Source: an uncultured Holophagales bacterium (GTDB taxonomy: Bacteria; Acidobacteriota; Thermoanaerobaculia; Multivoradales; UBA5704). Taken from it: a DNA stretch of 64,000 nucleotides. Positions 57,807-64,000 of this stretch are shown piece by piece. Numbering within the stretch: position 1 is the first letter of the stretch; the number at the start of each line of letters is the position of its first letter. The notes beneath the pieces are model-generated. The model ran no database searches. It saw only the letters and a list, made by a program, of their open reading frames with translations, and had not been told where the DNA came from. The stretch is taken from NCBI GenBank assembly GCA_963842525.1, contig CAWJGT010000024.1, positions 32,001-96,000 of the forward strand. Reading direction: 5' to 3'. Made by a program: the position numbers and the translations under genes.

Positions 57807-60668
57807 TCACCCCACCGCGGCCATCGCCTCCCGTTCCGGCCAGCGTAGATGGCGCCGCAGCTCGTCGGCGGTGGGGCTTTCGGCGTGGTCCAGGAACGGC
57901 TCGAGCGGGCCGGAGTAGAGGAGCTCGCCGCCGTGCGTGCCGCCGCCGGGGCCCAGGTCGACGATCCAGTCGCAGCGCGCGATCAGGTCCGGGCTGTGCT
58001 CGACCAGCACCACGCCGTCGCCCCGCTGCACCAGCCGGCGCAGCGTGTGGTAGAGGAGGTCGATGTCGGCCAGGTGGAGGCCTGTCGTCGGCTCGTCGAA
58101 GAGGAAGAGCCGCGGCCTCTCCGCGGCCGGCCGGTCGAGGAAGCTCGCCAGCTTGAGCCGTTGCGCCTCGCCGCCCGACAGGGTCGAGGTCGGCTGGCCG
58201 AGCCGCAGGTAGCCGAGCCCGACCTCCGTGAGGACGCGCAGCCGCCGGCAGAGGCGCTTCTGGTCGGCGAAGAAGTCCTGGGCCGCGTCCACCGTCAGCT
58301 CCAGGACCTCGGCGATGTTGCGGCCCTTGACGCGGACGGCCAGCACCTCGGGGCGGAAGCGGTGCCCCTGGCAGGTCTCGCACCGTACGGTCACCGGCGC
58401 CATGAACTGCATGTCGACCTCGGTGATCCCGGTCCCCTCGCAGGTCGGGCAGCGCCCGCGTTCCACGTTGAACGAGAAGTGCGCCGGCGTGATCCGGCGC
58501 GCCCGGGCCTCCGAGGTGCCGGCGAAGATCTTGCGGATCTCGTCGTAGGCCTTGATGTAGGTGATCGGGTTCGACCGGCTCGACCGCCCGAGAGGCCGCT
58601 GGTCGACCAGGGTCACGTCCTCCAGCCCGTCGAGCCCCAGCAGGGCGTCGCACGGGCCGGGCTCGACGTCCACCACCCCGCGCGCCCTCTGGTAGGTACC
58701 GTAGAGGACGTTTTCGACCAGGGTCGACTTGCCCGACCCGGAGACCCCGGTCACGGCCACCAGGGCGCCGAGGGGGAAGTCCACGTCGACGCCCTTGAGG
58801 TTGTGGGCGCGGGCGCCGCGGATGGAGATCTGGGGCAGAGAGGAGATTTCCTGGTCCAGGCTCTCCCAGCCCTGCTCGCGCCGGAAGCGGGCCATGTGCC
58901 GGCGGGCCGGAGTCGGCGGGCGCTCGCGCAGATAGCGGCCGGTCAGCGACTCCTCGCAGGCCAGAATGGCCTCGATCGGGCCCTCGGCCACCACCTGCCC
59001 GCCGCGCTCGCCGGCCGCCGGACCTAAATCGATGACGTGGTCGGCGCCGCGGATGAGCGTCCGGTCGTGCTCCACGACCAGGACCGTGTTGCCCCGCTTC
59101 GCGAGGTCGCGGAGCAGACCGAGGAGGCGCTCGCTGTCCTGGGGGTGGAGACCGATGGTCGGCTCGTCGAGCACGTAGAGGGTGCTGGTCAGTCCGGAGC
59201 CGAGGGCCGCGGCCAGGTGGATGCGCTGCGTCTCACCGCCGGAGAGGGTGCGCGCCTGCCGGTCCAGGGTCAGGTAGTCGAGCCCTACACGGTGGAGCAC
59301 CTCGATGCGCTCGGTCAGCTCGTCGATCAGGTGGCTCGCGACCTCGCGCTGGCGGTCCGTCCACCGCCGCTCGCGCAGCCAGGCGCGGAGCTGCTCGACG
59401 CTCAGCGCCGCCAGCTCGGGCAGGGTCTTCCCCTCCAGCAGGACCGCCAGGGCCTCCGGCTGGAGGCGGGTCCCGCCGCAGTCGGGGCATGGGTTGTAGG
59501 CCCGGTAGCGGGCGAGGAGCACGCGCACGTGGACCTTGTAGGTGCGCCCCTCCAGCCATTCGAAGAACTCGTCCAGGTTACTGAACTTGCCGCCGCCGCT
59601 CCACACCCAGGCGCGGTCCTCCTCCGGCAGCTCGCCCCAGGGGACATCGAGAGCGACACCCCGCTTGCGGCAGGCCTTGAGGAGGTCGTCGTAGAGCTCC
59701 TCGTAGGCCGGCGTGTTCCACGGCGCGATGGGGCGCTCGGAGAGGGTCCGCCGGGGATCGGGGACGACCCGCTCGCGGTCGATGCCGATGACGCGGCCGA
59801 ACCCCTGGCAGGTCGGGCAGGCCCCGAGCGGGGAGTTGAACGAGAAGAGGGCCGGCGTCGGCCGCCGCACGGTCTCGCCGCAGACCGCGCAGGAGAGCTC
59901 GCGGCTGTAGTAGCGGACCCCGCGCGGGCCGCGGGCCTCGACCCGGCCGCCGGTCATCTTCCAGGCCTGCTCGAGCGTGTCGAGGATGCGTGCCGTGGCA
60001 TCGGCGCGAGCCGGGAAGCGGCCGAGGACCAGCGGCAGCGGGTCGAGCCGGGCCGGCCACTTCGTCCCCGGCTCCATGCGGACGACCTCTTCGCCGTCGA
60101 GCCGCCGCTGGAATCCCTGGCGAATCAGCTCGGCCAGGGCCTGGTCGGCTCCCTGGTTGCTCCCCCGGTCGATCCCCTTGGGGGGCCGCGGGAGCCGCAC
60201 CACCAGCAGGAACGGGTCGCCGGCCGCGCCCGCGGCCAGATCGACCGCGGCCTCCTCAGTCGTGAACGTCCGCGCCGGCCCGTGCCCATGCGGGCAGCCC
60301 ACCTCGCCGAGATGGGTGTAGAGGAGGCGCAGGACGTCCATCACCTCGGTGATCGTCCCCACGGTCGAACGGGCGTTGCGCACCGCGTTCTTGGCTTCGA
60401 GGGCCACGGCGGGCAGGATGTTGTCGATGGAGTCGACCGGCGGACGTTCCATCTGGTCGAGGAACTGCCGTGCGTAGGTGGACATCGACTCGACGAACCG
60501 CCGCTGCCCTTCGGCAAAGACGGTGTCGAAAGCGAGGGAGGACTTGCCGGCTCCGGACGGACCGGTCACCACGGTGACCGCCCGGTGGGGAATCCGGCAA
60601 CTGATCCCTTTCAGGTTGTGCGTACGGGCACGTTCGACGAGGATGGACGGCGTCTTCGACATCTGCAA
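57807..60668 (-). CDS. uvrA: Excinuclease ABC subunit A (UvrA family, probably a second/paralogous type)
   Basis: ARTHNLK, GPSGAGKSSLAFDT, FSFNSPLGACPTC, LSGGETQR, DEPTIGLH, GVSGSGKST, LSGGEAQR, DEPTTGLH. Confidence 0.93.
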   Translation of the reverse strand: MQMSKTPSILVERARTHNLKGISCRIPHRAVTVVTGPSGAGKSSLAFDTVFAEGQRRFVESMSTYARQFLDQMERPPVDSIDNILPAVALEAKNAVRNARSTVGTITEVMDVLRLLYTHLGEVGCPHGHGPARTFTTEEAAVDLAAGAAGDPFLLVVRLPRPPKGIDRGSNQGADQALAELIRQGFQRRLDGEEVVRMEPGTKWPARLDPLPLVLGRFPARADATARILDTLEQAWKMTGGRVEARGPRGVRYYSRELSCAVCGETVRRPTPALFSFNSPLGACPTCQGFGRVIGIDRERVVPDPRRTLSERPIAPWNTPAYEELYDDLLKACRKRGVALDVPWGELPEEDRAWVWSGGGKFSNLDEFFEWLEGRTYKVHVRVLLARYRAYNPCPDCGGTRLQPEALAVLLEGKTLPELAALSVEQLRAWLRERRWTDRQREVASHLIDELTERIEVLHRVGLDYLTLDRQARTLSGGETQRIHLAAALGSGLTSTLYVLDEPTIGLHPQDSERLLGLLRDLAKRGNTVLVVEHDRTLIRGADHVIDLGPAAGERGGQVVAEGPIEAILACEESLTGRYLRERPPTPARRHMARFRREQGWESLDQEISSLPQISIRGARAHNLKGVDVDFPLGALVAVTGVSGSGKSTLVENVLYGTYQRARGVVDVEPGPCDALLGLDGLEDVTLVDQRPLGRSSRSNPITYIKAYDEIRKIFAGTSEARARRITPAHFSFNVERGRCPTCEGTGITEVDMQFMAPVTVRCETCQGHRFRPEVLAVRVKGRNIAEVLELTVDAAQDFFADQKRLCRRLRVLTEVGLGYLRLGQPTSTLSGGEAQRLKLASFLDRPAAERPRLFLFDEPTTGLHLADIDLLYHTLRRLVQRGDGVVLVEHSPDLIARCDWIVDLGPGGGTHGGELLYSGPLEPFLDHAESPTADELRRHLRWPEREAMAAVG

Positions 60669-60748
60669 CCGCGACCAGGGAATCTCAACGTGGGTTTGCC
60701 AGGGGTCATTCCACCGCGTCCTCGGAGAACGCGGAGCGGACTATCATA

Positions 60749-60778
60749 CCTCACCCTTGGCCCCTCTCCCGGCGGGGG
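60749..60778 (+). repeat. Short degenerate copy of the CCTCACCC..CCCCTCTCCC palindromic element
   Basis: CCTCACCCTTGGCCCCTCTCCCGGCGGGGG, intergenic between uvrA and the small peptide ORF. Confidence 0.45.
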
Positions 60779-60820
60779 CCGGATCACCACCAGCGGGCCC
60801 TCTCCCCCCTACTTTGCCGG

Positions 60821-61051
60821 ATGAGCACGCGCGACGTCGTCCGCCTGGAGATCGAGGAGCTGGAGCGCCGGACCGCGCTGGAACGCCGATCCCGAGGACC
60901 TGCACGCACCCCTCCACTCGAGCGAGGGATTTCACGACCTCCTTGTCCCGGGCGTCAGCCAAGACACCAGAGAGCGCTCGTCTGGCAGCGCCTGGCCGCA
61001 GCTGACGGGGAGGATGGCGGGGACGAGTTCCGCCAAGCCTTCGGACGGTAA
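60821..61051 (+). CDS. Small ORF with an ExLExR-type N-terminal motif (possible peptide precursor)
   Basis: MSTRDVVRLEIEELERRTA; directly upstream of and co-oriented with the TPR protein; C-terminal frame uncertain. Confidence 0.4.
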   Translation: MSTRDVVRLEIEELERRTALERRSRGPARTPPLERGISRPPCPGRQPRHQRALVWQRLAAADGEDGGDEFRQAFGR

Positions 61052-61120
61052 CGGTATATAATCAACGCTGATTCCCGGTCTATGGGGTGCACCCGCCGAG
61101 ATGTCACCAGGAGAGTCGAG

Positions 61121-64000
61121 ATGTGCTTCGATCGGCGTTTCTTCACCGCAATTCTGGCCGTGATTTGCCTTGCAGGTCTCGCCTTTGCCGAGAAACCGCC
61201 TTCTCTGCCGCCGCAAGAGTTGATTGACAGGTACCAGGCCGCACGCCGGGAAGGTCGGCCCGAGGCCGCTGCCGAGCTCGTTGCCGATCATCGCTACGTG
61301 GTTGAGTCCCTCGTAACTCTACTTCTCAACAGCGCAGTACAGAGCGAGGCCGAGGGAAATCTTGAGGAGGCTGGCGTTTGGAGGAATTTGGCTCATGGCT
61401 TCGCGGAAGACCACTCCCGGATATTCGGCAGCTCCGTACTGACCCGGCAGGTCAAGATCTACGAAGGATGGAGTATGGAGCAGAAGGGAAAGAAGGTCCA
61501 AGCCCTCCTGATCGGCACCCTTGCCGAGCAAGGGGCTGCGGTCGGCAACTACGAGGCTGCCCTTGCAGGGTGGCACCAGGAGCGAATTCTGCTCCGCGAG
61601 ATCGGCGACCGTTGGGGAGAGGGATCGGCTCTGAGCAACATGATAGCGGTATATTACTACCAGGGCGAGTACTCGGAGGCTCTGCGCCAAGGCGAGGCTG
61701 CCCTGGCAATTGCCCGGGAAATTGGGGACCGCTGGGGCGAAGGAATCATCCTGGGAAACGTCGGCCTGTCCTACACTGAACTCGGCGAGTTCTCCAAAGC
61801 GCTCGAACTTCATCAGCAGGCTCTGGCGATTAAGAGGGACGCGGGCGACCGCGAGGGAGAAGGCATCTCGCTAGCGTCCTTGGGTCAACTCTACAACAAC
61901 ATGGGCCGGTACAAGGAGGCCGTCGAGTTTGACCTCCAAGCCCTGCCGGCTCTGCTGGAGAAGGGAAATCCATTCGCGCGAGGAATCCTGATCTCCAATC
62001 TCGGACTTGTCTATATGAATCTTGGCGATACCGAGAAGGCCCGAGCCTCTCTGGAGGAAGCTCTAGCTCTCCAGAAAGAGAGCGGCGACCGGCGGGGTCG
62101 TTCCGCGACGCTTCTCCATCTCGGTCGACTCGAACAACAGCAGGGGAAGCCCATCGAGGCACGGCAGCACATCGAACAAAGTCTGGCTCTTACCCGGGAG
62201 ATCGGCATCCGTGAGGGCGAGGCGCAGGCGCTACAGCAGTTAGGTAATCTTGAGGCTGGCCAGGGAAGCTCCGTCGAGGCGAAAAAGAGATACACCCAGG
62301 CTCTGGAGATCAGCCAAGCGATCGGCACCCGCGACAGGGAGGCCAGCCTTCTGCTTGACTTAGGTAACATCGCGGAATATGGAGGCTATCGGGAAGCGTT
62401 GGAGCTCTACAACAAGGGCCTCGATACCTACCGTCAACTCGGCAACCGCTCTGGAGAGGGAGACGCTCTCCTCGCTGTGGGTGGTACGTACCTCGACATC
62501 GGCGAAAGCGCGAAGGCGCGGGAGTTTCTCGGTCGTAGCCTTGAGGTACAACGAGCCGTAGGGGACCGCGAGGGGGAGGCTCGTGCCCTCGAGGGTCTGG
62601 GCGTCCTCGAACGCGAATTGGGCCGTGTCCGTGAGGCCGTCGGGCTGCACGAGCAGGCGCTCGCCATTTTCCGTTCCCTTGGGTACCGTGCGGGCGAAGA
62701 GCGGGCGCTGACGAATCTCGGCGTTGCCAACCGGCGGCTCGGTGACTTTGAACGGAGCCTGCGCTTCCACCGCGAGGCCCTGGACATTGCTGGCCAGATT
62801 GGAGACCGCCGTGGTGCCGCCGACGCCCTCGGCAATATTGCAAGCGCTCTTATGCGCCAGGGGCTCTTTGAGGAGGCTCTTGAAGCCGCCCAGCAAAGCC
62901 TGGAGATCTTCCGGTCTGTGGGAGATCGCGAGGGGGAGTCAGGGGCCCTTGCAAATCTTGGCGTCCTTGAGATGTACCGCGGCGCCTACACGCAAGCCAC
63001 GCAACTCCTTCTTGAGGCATTGGCTCTGGCGAAATCCACGGGATCCAACGCTAGTGCTGGGTCTACTCTAGGCAGCCTAGCCCAGCTCTCACACCATCTA
63101 GGCGACTATCCGCGGGCGCTGCGCACGGCGCAGGAAGCCCTTGATGTCTTCCGTCAAACCGGACATGCGGAACGGCAGTCAGACACTTTAAACCTTGTCG
63201 GGTCCCTCCACCACAGGCTCAATCATCCGGAACAGGCGTTGGAGTCCTTTCAAGAAGCGCTAGCACTAGATCGGGCCAGCGGCAACCGACCAGGGGAGGC
63301 CGCCACTTTGATCAATATGGCGGCGATCCACATTGCGGAAGGTCGGCGGGATGAGGCCCTCAAGCACCTATACGCGAGCTTGGAGATCGCACACGATTTG
63401 AGTCTCCCTCGGGAGGAAGGAACCGCCCGCAACTCGATAGCGGATATCCACTTTGAGCAGGGACATATCCAGCAGTCGTTCGAAGAGGCATCCAAGGCTT
63501 TGAGCCTTGCCCGTCAACTCGGAGGAAGCGAGGACATCTGGAGAAGTATGGTTCGGGTCGGGCGTTGTCTTGAGAGGCTCGGTCGGATCTCGGAGGCTCT
63601 GGACTACTACCGTCAAGCCGTAGCCGCGATCGAGACTCTGCGCGGAAATGTGCGTGCGGAGCGCGAGAGGACATGGTTTTTCGTCTCCCGGGCTTATGCA
63701 TACCGGTTCCTTGTGAGCCTACTCATTGCCCAGCATGAGGCCGACCCGTCGAAGGGGTACGGCCGCGAGGCCTTCCGCTACGTCCAGTTGGCGAAGTCCC
63801 GCGCCCTACGCGATCTGCTGGAAGGCACCAGCGCCAGCATGAGCACGGGCGTGCCCCCCTCCATGTTGGAACGCAAACGCGAGCTTGGGCTTAGAATCAC
63901 AGCCCTTTGAATCAGAGATGCGGCGGAAATCTGTGGACGCTCTGGAATCCCAGGACTCCGAGACCCTTCGGCACCTTCGTTCGGAAATCGACGAGTTCCG
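61121..64000 (+). CDS. Large secreted TPR-repeat protein, probably a TPR-CHAT protease; stop at 63910 is probably a +1 frameshift artefact; continues beyond the window
   Basis: AGGAG SD, signal peptide MCFDRRFFTAILAVICLAGLAFA, many ~40-aa TPRs (GDRxGE...LxNLG), AFRYVQLAKSRALRDLL; removing one T at ~63906 continues as ALESEMRRKS...LRSEIDEF. Confidence 0.8.

Overview
High-GC bacterial DNA. The gene content and protein families resemble Acidobacteriota, possibly Thermoanaerobaculia, but this is an inference. About 32 kb (32-32351, minus strand) is a tightly translationally coupled Wzx/Wzy-type surface-polysaccharide operon led by a specialised NusG paralog. It encodes about 13 glycosyltransferases, 5 methyltransferases, a carbamoyltransferase, AsnB, 2 epimerases, 2 GT-C-like membrane proteins and WecA. 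Between this operon and the sat-cysC/cysQ plus Wza/Wzc/beta-barrel export block (36290-46042) sits a compositionally distinct island: an orphan ribbon-helix-helix gene and a three-gene operon (small PD-(D/E)xK-like nuclease, small helical protein, 842-aa KGGVGR-variant ParA-like ATPase with degenerate nuclease-like and zincin-like domains). This island is the best candidate here for an undescribed defence or conflict system. Further right are an O-antigen ligase, a nucleotidyltransferase, a Lar-like zinc ribbon, an Xre-like HTH, a kaiA-less kaiC-kaiB-kaiB-PAS hybrid kinase cluster, thioredoxin/MauE, uvrA, and a small peptide ORF followed by a large secreted TPR (probable CHAT) protein that runs off the window. 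A ~55-bp palindromic element occurs at gene junctions and supplies coding tails and start/stop/RBS signals. About 11 single-base indels break otherwise intact genes and are most likely sequencing errors. No rRNA, tRNA, CRISPR array or transposase was recognised. All family calls come from motif recognition by eye, not database searches.
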